DNA of 32,000 nucleotides from Faecalibaculum rodentium (GCF_001564455.1 NZ_CP011391.1:990001-1022000), one strand, 5' to 3'. Positions 18,852 to 28,098 are shown, counted from the first letter of the stretch. A program made the numbers and translations. The notes: generated by a model not told the origin, from the sequence alone.

Positions 18852-19013
18852 GGCAGTTCCTCCTCGTGTCCGGTTCATTGTATCATGGCGGTTCCTTTGC
18901 AGGCGGCATGGATCCAGGGATTCCCGCGGCTATGCAGGTCCTTCGGGGACGCGGTTTGAAACCCGGACAGCAGTCTGAGATAATTCAGGGTGGAAACAAA
19001 GGAGTTGAGTTCA

Positions 19014-20342
19014 ATGTCCCGCATAGAGGAAATCATGAACATAGAGGGCTTCAAGAAGCTCACACCCATTCAGGAATCCGTGGTCCATCGAAAGGATCCG
19101 GACCGTGACCTGGTGGGCATTTCCAGCACAGGATCCGGGAAATCCCATGCGTTTTTCATGCCTGTCTTTGACAAAATCGATCCGTCCAGAGACCAGGTAC
19201 AGGCTGTGATTTCGGTCCCCACACGAGAGCTGGCCTACCAGCTGTATGAGCGGGCCAAAAACCTCGCCGCTCACTTTGGCATCCGCGTGAAGCTGGTAAC
19301 CGGCGGCATGGACCGCCACAAGGTGGGAACACAGAAACCGCATCTGGTGATCGGCACACCGGGGCGGATGAAAGACCTGTTCCTGGATGATAAAACGCTG
19401 CGGCTTGACACCGCAAAGGTAATGATCATCGACGAAGCCGACATGACCATGGAGTTCGGCTTCCTGGAAGACGTCGACCAGATTCTGTCCAAAATGGGAG
19501 AGGATACGCAGCTGATGGTCTTTTCCGCCACGATTCCGGAAAACCTGCAGCCGTTTCTGAAGAAATATCTGCACAATCCCGAAATCATCACCATAGACAC
19601 GAATGAGGAATTTCAGAGTGATGTGACAAACTACCTGGTTCCGGCCCGGCATATGAGTTACGAGGAGAAACTGCTGCAGATCCTCCCGGCCATCAATCCG
19701 TACATTGCACTGATTTTTGCCAACACGACTGAAGAAGCCGCCCAGGTGGCCGAGGGAATGCGCCGCGAAGGATACGACCTTGTGGAGCTGCATTCCGGCA
19801 TGGAGAGCCGGGCCAGGGCACAGGCGATCCGACAGATTCAGTCCCAGAAAAAGTCGTATATCGTGGCCAGTGACATAGCCAGCCGCGGCATTGACCTGGA
19901 GGGCATTTCCCATGTCATTTCTCTGGGATTCCCGAAGGACCTGAAGTTCTTCTTCCACAGGATCGGACGCACAGGCCGTGCCGGTCGGGACGGCCTGGCC
20001 ATCACGATCTACCAGGACAGCGACCGCCGTTCCATTGATTCCCTGGCGCACAAAGGCGTGCAGTGGAAGCACAAGGACGTCAAGCGGGGACAGTGGGTGG
20101 ACCTGAAGCCGCTGGAAGGCCGCAAAAGGAAAGGGACCGATCCCCTGCAGGCTGAAATTTCCCGGATTGTAAAAGCCGGCAAGAAGGAACGCGTGAAGCC
20201 GAATTACAAGAAGAAGCAGAAACAGCAGATTGAACAGCTGCGAAGGAAACGCAAACGGCAGATCATCCAGGAGGATATCCGGCGCCAGAAAAAAGAACGC
20301 GCAAAAGAAAAGCAGAAAGCCAGAAGACAGGGCAGCAAATGA
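19014..20342 (+). CDS. cshB: DEAD-box ATP-dependent RNA helicase (CshB-like) with a K/R-rich C-terminal tail
   Basis: Motif I is STGSGKSHAF, motif II DEAD, motif III SAT and motif VI HRIGRTGRAG. The ATG at 19014 follows the SD AAAGGAG. TTGAAA-N17-GATAAT lies upstream. The symbol is inferred from Bacillus yqfR synteny. Confidence 0.8.
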   Translation: MSRIEEIMNIEGFKKLTPIQESVVHRKDPDRDLVGISSTGSGKSHAFFMPVFDKIDPSRDQVQAVISVPTRELAYQLYERAKNLAAHFGIRVKLVTGGMDRHKVGTQKPHLVIGTPGRMKDLFLDDKTLRLDTAKVMIIDEADMTMEFGFLEDVDQILSKMGEDTQLMVFSATIPENLQPFLKKYLHNPEIITIDTNEEFQSDVTNYLVPARHMSYEEKLLQILPAINPYIALIFANTTEEAAQVAEGMRREGYDLVELHSGMESRARAQAIRQIQSQKKSYIVASDIASRGIDLEGISHVISLGFPKDLKFFFHRIGRTGRAGRDGLAITIYQDSDRRSIDSLAHKGVQWKHKDVKRGQWVDLKPLEGRKRKGTDPLQAEISRIVKAGKKERVKPNYKKKQKQQIEQLRRKRKRQIIQEDIRRQKKERAKEKQKARRQGSK

Positions 20343-21286
20343 TCTGGATCGGATCGCATGTGTCCATGAAAGCGCCGGACTATCTGCTGGGAGCGGTGAA
20401 GGAATCCATCGGGTATGGTTCGAATGCCTTTATGATCTATACCGGACCGCCACAGAATTCCCGTCGGGTGGATGTGGACAGGTTCCGACTGGAGGAAGCG
20501 GCACAGCTGATGCACGAATCCGGGATCGATCCGGAACGCATCATCGTGCATGCACCGTATATCATCAACCTGGCAAACTCCCTGAAGCCGGAAACAGCAG
20601 ATTTCGGGGCAGAATTCCTCCAGGAGGAACTCAGGCGGGTGACACAGATCGGTGCTTCGACGCTCGTGCTGCATCCGGGAAGTCACATCACAGCCGGGGC
20701 AGATGTGGGGATCCGCTGGATTGCCGACCGCCTCAACCGGGTGCTGGATGCGGATGACTCGAATGTGGTGATCGCCCTGGAAACCATGGCGGGAAAAGGA
20801 ACGGAAATCGGAAGGAATTTCGAAGAACTGCAGGCCATCCGGGAGCTTGTGAACAAAAAGGACAGAATCGGTGTCTGTCTCGATACGTGTCACATTCATG
20901 ACGCCGGGTATGACCTCACGGAATTTGAAACGGTCCTGGACGAATTTGACCGGATCCTGGGTCTGGATTCCCTCAAGGTCATTCATGTCAATGACTCAAA
21001 GAACCCAAGAGGGGCCAGGAAAGACCGCCACGAAAATCTCGGACATGGCCATATCGGATTTGAGACGCTGTATGGCATCGTCCATCATCCCCGGCTGGAG
21101 AATGTGACAAAGATCCTGGAAACACCATGGGTCGAAGACAGGCCTCCATACAGGGAAGAGATTGAACTGCTGCGAATGGAACCGGCATCGGCAGCAATCG
21201 AGGCGGCAGCACAGGCCGTGGAAGCCAGGAAGAAAACTGCCGAAGAAGCAGAACCCGGAGAAAATCCGGCGGCTGCTGCAGTCTGA
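20339..21286 (+). CDS. nfo: endonuclease IV (deoxyribonuclease IV)
   Basis: IGSHVSMKAPDYLLGAVKESIGYGSNAFMIYTGPPQNSRR, HAPYIINL and LETMAGKGTE are present. There is an ATGA overlap with the helicase stop. The C-terminus has a short Ala/Glu-rich extension. Confidence 0.88.
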   Translation: MIWIGSHVSMKAPDYLLGAVKESIGYGSNAFMIYTGPPQNSRRVDVDRFRLEEAAQLMHESGIDPERIIVHAPYIINLANSLKPETADFGAEFLQEELRRVTQIGASTLVLHPGSHITAGADVGIRWIADRLNRVLDADDSNVVIALETMAGKGTEIGRNFEELQAIRELVNKKDRIGVCLDTCHIHDAGYDLTEFETVLDEFDRILGLDSLKVIHVNDSKNPRGARKDRHENLGHGHIGFETLYGIVHHPRLENVTKILETPWVEDRPPYREEIELLRMEPASAAIEAAAQAVEARKKTAEEAEPGENPAAAAV

Positions 21287-21376
21287 CATCACTCTGACGG
21301 CTGTCTGTGACGGGCAACAGATGTCAGGTGTGGCTGGTTGAATCCTGCAATCGATGGCATGTACATCCAGGCAGAC

Positions 21377-21421
21377 AAAAAGCATCAGGAGAGCCCGAGC
21401 ACAGAGATCCTGATGCTTTTT
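21377..21421. terminator. bidirectional terminator between the convergent nfo and ispG
   Basis: AAAAAGCATCAGGA...TCCTGATGCTTTTT has a 10-bp core stem flanked by A and T tracts. Confidence 0.7.
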
Positions 21422-21471
21422 CGTGTCTGACCGTCGGGAAGTTCCACGCTGACGGGTATTGACTGACTGTA

Positions 21472-22548
21472 TTACAGCTGTTCCTGACTGGCGCCGGGGA
21501 CAAATGCGTCGATTTCCTCCTTGAGTCTCTGTGTCATTTGATCCACAGGGATTTTCTCGATGATGCGGCCTTTTTTGATCAGCAGCCCTTCCTCTCTGCC
21601 TCCTGCGATTGCGATATCTGCATGTTTCGCTTCTCCCGGACCGTTTACAGCACATCCCATGATGGCCACATTGACGTCCTTGTTCACGGTCTGCAGATAC
21701 TCTGCGATTTCATCGACCACTGGTTCCATGTTCCACTGCGTACGCCCGCAGGAGGGACAGGCTATGAGGTTGGGGACATTGTGAAGCAGTCCACAGTCCT
21801 TGAGGAGCTCCCTGGCGATGGGAATCTCTTTCTGAGCGTCGCCGTTCACGGAAATCCGGATCGTATTGCCGATGCCATCCAGCATGAGGGTGCCCAGGGC
21901 CAGGGAAGACTTGATGGCGCTTGTCAGTTCTGTCCCTGCTTCCGTGACACCCAGATGCAGCGGGTAGTCAAAGGTTCTGGCAGCCAGGCGATAGGCATCG
22001 ATGCACAGCAGCGGGTCGCTGCTCTTGAACGACAGCACTGTGTCATAGAAACCGCAGTCCTCCAGAATCTGCACATGACGCCGGGCACTCTCCACCATCC
22101 CTTCGGCTGTCGGTTTCCCGTATTTCTCATGGATGTCCTTTTCAAGGGACCCCGAGTTGATGCCGATGCGGATCGGGACTCCATGTGTGCGGCATGCAGC
22201 CACTATAGCCTCCACGTTTTTTCGGCCGCCGATGTTGCCGGGATTCAGCCGGATTTTGTCGGCCCCGTTTTCAATGGCCGCCAGAGCCAGTCTGTAATCA
22301 AAGTGGATATCCGCCACCAGCGGAATATGGATCTGGTTCCGGATTTCGCGGATGGCCGCCGCATCTTCCATGTCCATGCACGAGACTCGGATCAGCTGAC
22401 ATCCCTGGGCTTCCAGCTCCAGGATCTGTTTCACAACTTCTTCCACGTTTTTGGTGGGATGAGAGCACATGGACTGGATAATGACGTTGTTGTTGCCGCC
22501 GATGATGAGATCACCAACGCGCACACTTCTTGTTTCTGTTCGTTTCAT
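21472..22548 (-). CDS. ispG: 4-hydroxy-3-methylbut-2-en-1-yl diphosphate synthase IspG (GcpE)
   Basis: The N-terminus TRSVRVGDLIIGGNNNVIIQSMC and the C-terminal Fe-S cysteines CPSCGRT...MGCAVNGPGE are characteristic. The start is set at Met54 of the track ORF (358 aa). The upstream 53 codons look non-conserved. Confidence 0.9.
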   Translation of the reverse strand: MKRTETRSVRVGDLIIGGNNNVIIQSMCSHPTKNVEEVVKQILELEAQGCQLIRVSCMDMEDAAAIREIRNQIHIPLVADIHFDYRLALAAIENGADKIRLNPGNIGGRKNVEAIVAACRTHGVPIRIGINSGSLEKDIHEKYGKPTAEGMVESARRHVQILEDCGFYDTVLSFKSSDPLLCIDAYRLAARTFDYPLHLGVTEAGTELTSAIKSSLALGTLMLDGIGNTIRISVNGDAQKEIPIARELLKDCGLLHNVPNLIACPSCGRTQWNMEPVVDEIAEYLQTVNKDVNVAIMGCAVNGPGEAKHADIAIAGGREEGLLIKKGRIIEKIPVDQMTQRLKEEIDAFVPGASQEQL

Positions 22549-22554
22549 GAGTTC

Positions 22555-22583
22555 ATTGTGGCGCAAACATTCGCCGTAAGCAA
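22555..22583 (-). promoter_or_regulatory. candidate promoter TTGCTT-N17-CACAAT abutting the ispG start codon
   Basis: On the minus strand the sequence reads TTGCTT (22583-22578), N17, CACAAT (22560-22555), N6, ATG (22548). There is no SD upstream of the ATG. Confidence 0.4.
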
Positions 22584-22803
22584 CCGGCCTGAAGTCCGGA
22601 GATTTCCAACACCTGTCACTCCAGACCCCGGTATCCGGACATCCGGAAGCAGGCGGAGGTTTCTTTGCTGCAGAAATCGGACCAGGTGAGGAAACCGGTC
22701 GTCTCATGCAGGGCGCATCCCTGAAAAAAGTGACAGGATGCGACAGACAGGCTCCCGGCAGCAGCGGAGGCGGAGAATTTTTCCGCGGGAATCTCCTATT
22801 GGC

Positions 22804-22812
22804 TGTTATAAT
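22804..22812 (+). promoter_or_regulatory. extended -10 promoter element TGtTATAAT for the PBP gene
   Basis: It lies 70 nt upstream of the ATG at 22882, which has the strong SD GAGGAGGG. Confidence 0.5.
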
Positions 22813-22881
22813 TACACACAGTCCGAAACAGTCAGGCTGTCACAGACAGAAGACCGGAGACCGGCAGCGAGGAGGGAAGTC

Positions 22882-24924
22882 ATGGCGAAAAAAAGAACCA
22901 GCCGAACACAGAAAACAGTCTCGAAGCGGATCCTGGCCCTGTCCCTGATCATTCTGGGGCTGTTCACTGTGCTTCTTGCACGTCTGATCTGGCTGCAGGT
23001 GTTTTCCTATCGGGAGTATACAGAGAAAAAGGACGATTACACATCTGTCAGACAGTACAATTCGCCGCCCAGAGGTCAGATCTATGACTGCAACGGGAAG
23101 GTGCTCGCAAAAACCGTGGTGTCCCACAATTTTGTATATACCTCCCCACAGGGCATGACCTATGAGGAATATGAGTTTTATGCCGACAGGATCGTGAATG
23201 TATTTGATATAGACCCTGACGCTTTTTCTTATCGGGACAAACAGGAAGCCTACCTGACATGGACCGGCTGGCTGGATCCGGAAGACAGCCGGTATCAGGC
23301 ACGACACCTGCTCTCGGACGCACAGAAAGAGGCCCTGGCATCCGGAGAAATGACGGAAACCGAACGATATGCAGCCCTCATGAAGAAAATCGGCGATGAG
23401 CAGATCAAGGAAATGAGCCAGGAGGATCTGTCCAGAGCCGTGGTCTATCAGCGGATGACGTCCAACATCTCCGCCGGTCAGGAGTCTGTCATTCTGGAGG
23501 ATGTCAGCGATGACGATGCGGCGTATCTGGTGGAACACAAAACGGAGTTTCCGGGGTTTGATGTGGACTTTGGCGGATGGAAGCGGGAGTACCCCTATGG
23601 GGAGACACTGTCGGATGTCATTGGCACGGTCTCCAGCAGTACAGAAGGGCTGCCAGCGGAAAACCTGGAGTATTACACAGCCCGGGGCTACCAGCTGAAT
23701 GCACCTGTCGGCAAGTCCGGTCTCGAGCTGCAGTACAATGACCTGCTGGCAGGCCGGGAAGAGATTTCCCTGGTGACTTACAACTCCAACGGTCTTGCAC
23801 AGACGGAAGTCATCCAGCAGGCACAGACCGGGTATGACATTGTCATCAGCATAGACATCGACCTGCAGCAGACCATGGATGATGTGGTCAAGACAACCCT
23901 CCAGAGCAACGGGGGGACACGGAGGCGCGAGAATTTTTCCTCTCTGTTCATGTGTATGATGAATCCGGCCAATGGGAATGTACTGGCACTCTCGGGGTAT
24001 CAGATGGATCTGGAGACCCGTAAAATGACCTACTTTGCTTCCGGAAACTATACCTCTCTGGTGAATCCCGGATCTTCCATCAAGGGGGCCACGGTCTTTA
24101 TGGGGCTTTCGGAAGGCGTGGTGCAGCCCGGGGAACTGATTCTCGACGAAGTGATGAATATCGGCGGAGAGGAATTCGGTTCGTTCAACAATTATGGAAT
24201 GGTGGATGCGCGCAGGGCGCTGTCTGTTTCGTCGAATGTCTATATGTTCAACATTGCCATCCGTCTGGCCGGGGGATCGTACGTCAAGGGACAGCCGCTG
24301 AGTCTGCCCAATGACCAGGAGACTTTCGTGAAAATGCGACAGTATTATTCCATGTTCGGCCTGGGAAATCCCACAGGACTGGATATACCCGGCGAAGTCA
24401 GCAGTTATCTGGGCGCCGGGACGAATCCCGGTCTGCTGCTGAACTTTGCCATCGGCCAGTTCGACATGTACTCTCCCGTGCAGCTGTTGCAGTATATTTC
24501 TGTCATTGCGGAAGACGGCCGGATGTATGAACCTCATTTCTTCCGGTATGCGCAGGAAGTCAACAGCGAGGAAGTCGTAGATCTGAAGACTGCGACGCTG
24601 AAAAACGCTGTCCCGGAAGGAACAGAAGAGAACGTCAAGGTCGTGCAGGAAGGAATGCGGGCCTGTGTCACGGACGGCAACTGCGGGGACAAACTGAAAG
24701 GCATGGAACAGGCCATGGCTGCCAAGACCGGTACTGCGGAAGTCGGCGACTGGACTACTGCCAATCTTGTGGGATATGGTCCGGTGGATGATCCGCAGGT
24801 TGCCTTTGCCTGTTCGGCACCGCTGTCTTCAGTCAACTCAAAGGATGTGGCTCCGAACATCTGTTCAAACGAGGTTGTGCCGCCGGTTCTGGAAAAGTAC
24901 TTCCAGCTGTATCCGGTAAAGTGA
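22882..24924 (+). CDS. class B penicillin-binding protein (PBP2/PBP2B-like transpeptidase)
   Basis: The ORF is 680 aa with an N-terminal membrane anchor (ILALSLIILGLFTVLLARLIW). It has SxxK (SSIK), SxN (SSN) and KTG (KTGTAE) motifs. The ORF-track start at 22738 lies upstream of the promoter and SD. Confidence 0.88.
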   Translation: MAKKRTSRTQKTVSKRILALSLIILGLFTVLLARLIWLQVFSYREYTEKKDDYTSVRQYNSPPRGQIYDCNGKVLAKTVVSHNFVYTSPQGMTYEEYEFYADRIVNVFDIDPDAFSYRDKQEAYLTWTGWLDPEDSRYQARHLLSDAQKEALASGEMTETERYAALMKKIGDEQIKEMSQEDLSRAVVYQRMTSNISAGQESVILEDVSDDDAAYLVEHKTEFPGFDVDFGGWKREYPYGETLSDVIGTVSSSTEGLPAENLEYYTARGYQLNAPVGKSGLELQYNDLLAGREEISLVTYNSNGLAQTEVIQQAQTGYDIVISIDIDLQQTMDDVVKTTLQSNGGTRRRENFSSLFMCMMNPANGNVLALSGYQMDLETRKMTYFASGNYTSLVNPGSSIKGATVFMGLSEGVVQPGELILDEVMNIGGEEFGSFNNYGMVDARRALSVSSNVYMFNIAIRLAGGSYVKGQPLSLPNDQETFVKMRQYYSMFGLGNPTGLDIPGEVSSYLGAGTNPGLLLNFAIGQFDMYSPVQLLQYISVIAEDGRMYEPHFFRYAQEVNSEEVVDLKTATLKNAVPEGTEENVKVVQEGMRACVTDGNCGDKLKGMEQAMAAKTGTAEVGDWTTANLVGYGPVDDPQVAFACSAPLSSVNSKDVAPNICSNEVVPPVLEKYFQLYPVK

Positions 24925-25027
24925 TGTGCAAATACAGAGAATGCAGGGTGACTGCTGACGGCCTGAGTCTGACAGAACCGGTTCCTGCAGCCTCTGTGGA
25001 ATAAAGGAAATTCCGGGAGGAATACAG

Positions 25028-25756
25028 ATGATGGAAATCATGCAGGTTTCTCTGCAGGGAACGAGTCACTTGATGTTTCAGGTTCCCAATCAGGATGCAG
25101 TGGCTGTATACAGTGACAGCAGCACAGCGGTGTCTGCTGTATGCGATGGTGTTTCACTGAATTCAGCCGGTACCTGGTCGTGCAGCGAGATTGCCGCCGG
25201 ATATTGTGCAGAGTCCTTTGTGCGCTGTACAGCGGGCCAGTCACCTTGTACGGATGTGGTGGTACGCGGATTTCAGCGTACTGCCACCGGTCTTCTGCAG
25301 GAACTGAAAGACCGGCACATTCCCTGGATGGACTGCCAGTGCACAATGCTCGGTGTTCTTGTGACGCCTGATATGCTGTATGCAGGAATGGCAGGGGATG
25401 GCGGCATCATCTGTGAAGATGCGAACGGAGAACTCCAGGTCCTCGTGACCCGGCATAAAACGGATTCGATGGTGGACCCTGTGATACTGGCCAGTGCCTG
25501 GCGGTTTGCCAGGGTCCCGGAACCGCGGAAGGTCCTGGTGATGAGTGATGGACTGTTCGATGATCTTGTGTCTCTGGAAGAAGGAGAACTGAGAGCCGAT
25601 CTGGATCAGGTCAGACTGTGGCTGGGCGCAGATCAGGAGCAGCTGGAAAAGCTGGCTGCGTCCGCTCCGGGCTATGATGACAAGACCGCGGTGCTTATCC
25701 GAATCGTGGACAAGGCAACTGAACTGCCTGATTCCTTTGAACCGTCTGCAGACTGA
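25028..25756 (+). CDS. PP2C-family (PP2C_2-like) protein phosphatase domain protein
   Basis: The motifs are GTSHLMFQVPNQDA, CDGVS, AGDGG, MSDGLFD and YDDKTAVLI, in the order expected for a PP2C-like fold. The SD GGGAGGA lies 6 nt upstream. Confidence 0.6.
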   Translation: MMEIMQVSLQGTSHLMFQVPNQDAVAVYSDSSTAVSAVCDGVSLNSAGTWSCSEIAAGYCAESFVRCTAGQSPCTDVVVRGFQRTATGLLQELKDRHIPWMDCQCTMLGVLVTPDMLYAGMAGDGGIICEDANGELQVLVTRHKTDSMVDPVILASAWRFARVPEPRKVLVMSDGLFDDLVSLEEGELRADLDQVRLWLGADQEQLEKLAASAPGYDDKTAVLIRIVDKATELPDSFEPSAD

Positions 25757-25781
25757 CTGCCACTGGAAACAAAGAGGAAAC

Positions 25782-25843
25782 AAAGCCGTCTACGGCCTCA
25801 GATCCATGAAAGCGGTCATGGATCCGGCTGAAGACGGCTTTTG
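25782..25843 (+). terminator. long compound hairpin terminator
   Basis: The outer stem is AAAGCCGTCT/AGACGGCTTT and the inner stem GATCCATGA/TCATGGATC, followed by TTTTGA. Confidence 0.65.
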
Positions 25844-25859
25844 ACTGTTTGCAGGCCCC

Positions 25860-25867
25860 AATCGAAC
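25860..25867. repeat. left copy of the 8-bp target-site duplication AATCGAAC
   Basis: It is identical to the 8-mer at 28174-28181 and directly abuts IRL. Confidence 0.85.
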
Positions 25868-25889
25868 GTAAGCGACGTTAATTGCCCAT
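25868..25889. repeat. IS66 left inverted repeat GTAAGCGACGTTAATTGCCCAT
   Basis: It is the exact reverse complement of 28152-28173. Confidence 0.9.
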
Positions 25890-25940
25890 CTATGATAAAT
25901 CCCTCCACAGCGGGACAATACCTGCATGGAGGGATTTTAT

Positions 25941-26294
25941 ATGACTGGACTTGACGATATTTCCCAATTATACCTGGTCACTGAACCTGTGGATTTTCGC
26001 AAGGGCATAGATGGACTGGGGACATACGTCCAGTCGATCCTGAACACGGATCCTTTCCAGAACGCAATGTTCGTCTTCACCAATAAACGACACAACAAGC
26101 TCAAACTTCTCCATTATGACGGTACAGGATTCTGGCTCCTTCACAAGCAGCTGAGCAAAGGCACTTTCAAATGGCGGATGAACTCCCTGGATCCTTTCCT
26201 GGAGATCTCCCAACAACAGCTGGACTGGCTCCTGGAAGGACTGGACATAAACCAGAAACGGGCTTTCAGGCCTGTGAAACCACAATATATCTAG
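25941..26294 (+). CDS. tnpB: IS66-family accessory protein TnpB (IS66 Orf2)
   Basis: LYLVTEPVDFRKGIDGLGTYVQSIL...FVFTNKRHNKLKLLHYDGTGFWLLHKQL is the typical IS66 Orf2 pattern. The ATG at 25941 follows the SD GGAGGG. The ORF-track ATG at 25926 has no SD. Confidence 0.88.
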   Translation: MTGLDDISQLYLVTEPVDFRKGIDGLGTYVQSILNTDPFQNAMFVFTNKRHNKLKLLHYDGTGFWLLHKQLSKGTFKWRMNSLDPFLEISQQQLDWLLEGLDINQKRAFRPVKPQYI

Positions 26295-26420
26295 ACAGAC
26301 CTCCTGCTCTCTCCTGCAGTTTTCAGTCATATCAAATGAATCACTTTTGAAACTGTGAGCATAATAATTATTTAAGGCATATCAGTTTGCCCCTTTTCCT
26401 CTTTATCCTATACTTTCCCC

Positions 26421-28094
26421 ATGGACTTCTTATCTTCTTTTGACCTCGAGAACTACACCCGCAAATCCATGAAAGAAAGCCTCGAATCCCTGGATCATGA
26501 TGACCTGGTCGATGCTGCTCTCTTCTTCGCCGACAATCTGTTCCAGAAAGACCAGATCAACAAGAAGGCGGCCATGGATCGCTTCGCCTCCAAAAGCGAG
26601 CTGCTTTTCATATCCCTGTTCAACGAGGCGGAAGAGATCGCAGCCACGTCTTCTCCCGAAGATATGGATGAATCAGCTCTCCTGGAAACTGTGAGCAAAG
26701 AGAGATCGGCATCCCCCAAAAAGCGCAGATCCATGAAGGAGAAAGCAAAAGCACTCCCTGAAAAGATCATCAATGTGTATCCGGAAGCAGGCAAAGACCC
26801 GGTGTGCCCTGTATATGGCACAGCCATGAAGGAGCTGAAACCGACTGTACACCGGACCATCAAATACGTTCCGCAGCGTCTCTATGTCGAAGTGGAAGTA
26901 GATCATAATTATGTCTGCCCAAAAGGCTGTGAAGATGAGGATGGAAAGCCTGTGATGATCTCTGCTTCCCGCAGGGAAGCACCGCTTCTGGAGAATACGA
27001 TGGCTTCGACTTCTCTGGTGTCCCACATCATTGCGCAGAAAACAGTCATGGGGCTGCCTCTTTACAGGCAGGAACAGGGCTGGCTGCGAAGAGGATTCAA
27101 TCTGGCCAGGAGTGTGATGGCCAGCTGGATGATCCGTTCTTCCCAGATCTATGGAGAAGCCCTGGTAGACAGGATGATACAGGATTTCAGAAAATGTGAT
27201 GTGGTCCATATGGATGAGACCGTCCTGAAGTGTCTGGAAGTGAGTCGTGAGCAGAAGAGGACGAACTGTTATATGATCGTCGGGGTCAGCGGAGAGCATG
27301 AGTGCAGGAAGATGGTCATTTATCAGTTCAAGAAAACACGGGAACAGAAGTTCGTGCGAGAGCTGCTGGGAGAAGGATTTGAAAAGGCTCTGATGTCAGA
27401 TGGATTTGAAGGCTACGACAATTACACAGCAGCCGTCCATCTGAGTTGCATGGCTCATGCGAGGCGCCATCTGTATGATGCGGTGAAGATCCGGGCAGAC
27501 TACCAGACATTGAACAAACTGCCGGATGAGGCAGAAGTAAAGCTGAGTTACCTCAGAGAGAATCCGGCCCTTGAGATCCTGTTGGAACCACTTGGCAACA
27601 TAACCAGACTCTACAAGGTGGAGAAGAAAGCCGGCAGTAAAAAGATGAGCCCGGAAAAAGTATATGAACTGAGGCAGAAGGAGTCTAAGCCACTGTTTGA
27701 CCAGGTGATCGCAGGAATGGAGCGGATCACCCGGAGTTTTGATAATGGATCGAAAGCAGCAAAGGGAGCAAATTACTTTCTGAAAAGGAAAGACTCGCTG
27801 GCCCGTTATCTGGAGGATGGGAACTATCCGATCGACAACAACCTGGCTGAACGGATGGTAAAGCCGTTCGTTATAGGCCGGAAGGGGTTCCTGTTTGCGG
27901 ATACGGAAGCAGGAGCGGAAGCAACAGCAGTATGGTACAGTCTGAGCCAGTCGGCAATCATGAATGGGCTGGTCCCGGAGAAGTATATCGAATATGTGCT
28001 GACAAGGCTGAAGAACGAAGGGATCAGGGAGGAAGTACTCGATGAGCTGCTTCCATATTCCAGAGCACTGCCAGAATATCTGTATAAGAAATAG
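26421..28094 (+). CDS. tnpC: IS66-family DDE transposase (TnpC)
   Basis: The ORF is 557 aa. It has HMDETVLKCL, CMAHARRHLYDA and YPIDNNLAERMVKPFVIGRKGFLFADTEAGAEATAVWYSL, all IS66 transposase hallmarks. The exact start is uncertain because no SD is present. Confidence 0.9.
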   Translation: MDFLSSFDLENYTRKSMKESLESLDHDDLVDAALFFADNLFQKDQINKKAAMDRFASKSELLFISLFNEAEEIAATSSPEDMDESALLETVSKERSASPKKRRSMKEKAKALPEKIINVYPEAGKDPVCPVYGTAMKELKPTVHRTIKYVPQRLYVEVEVDHNYVCPKGCEDEDGKPVMISASRREAPLLENTMASTSLVSHIIAQKTVMGLPLYRQEQGWLRRGFNLARSVMASWMIRSSQIYGEALVDRMIQDFRKCDVVHMDETVLKCLEVSREQKRTNCYMIVGVSGEHECRKMVIYQFKKTREQKFVRELLGEGFEKALMSDGFEGYDNYTAAVHLSCMAHARRHLYDAVKIRADYQTLNKLPDEAEVKLSYLRENPALEILLEPLGNITRLYKVEKKAGSKKMSPEKVYELRQKESKPLFDQVIAGMERITRSFDNGSKAAKGANYFLKRKDSLARYLEDGNYPIDNNLAERMVKPFVIGRKGFLFADTEAGAEATAVWYSLSQSAIMNGLVPEKYIEYVLTRLKNEGIREEVLDELLPYSRALPEYLYKK

Positions 28095-28098
28095 CAAG

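Noticed and set aside
26295-26420. An AT-rich 126-bp gap between tnpB and tnpC, considered as a site for programmed frameshifting or an extra small gene.
   Set aside because: The two ORFs do not overlap, there is no slippery heptamer context, and a spacer before tnpC is normal for IS66 elements. It more likely holds an internal promoter that I cannot define confidently.
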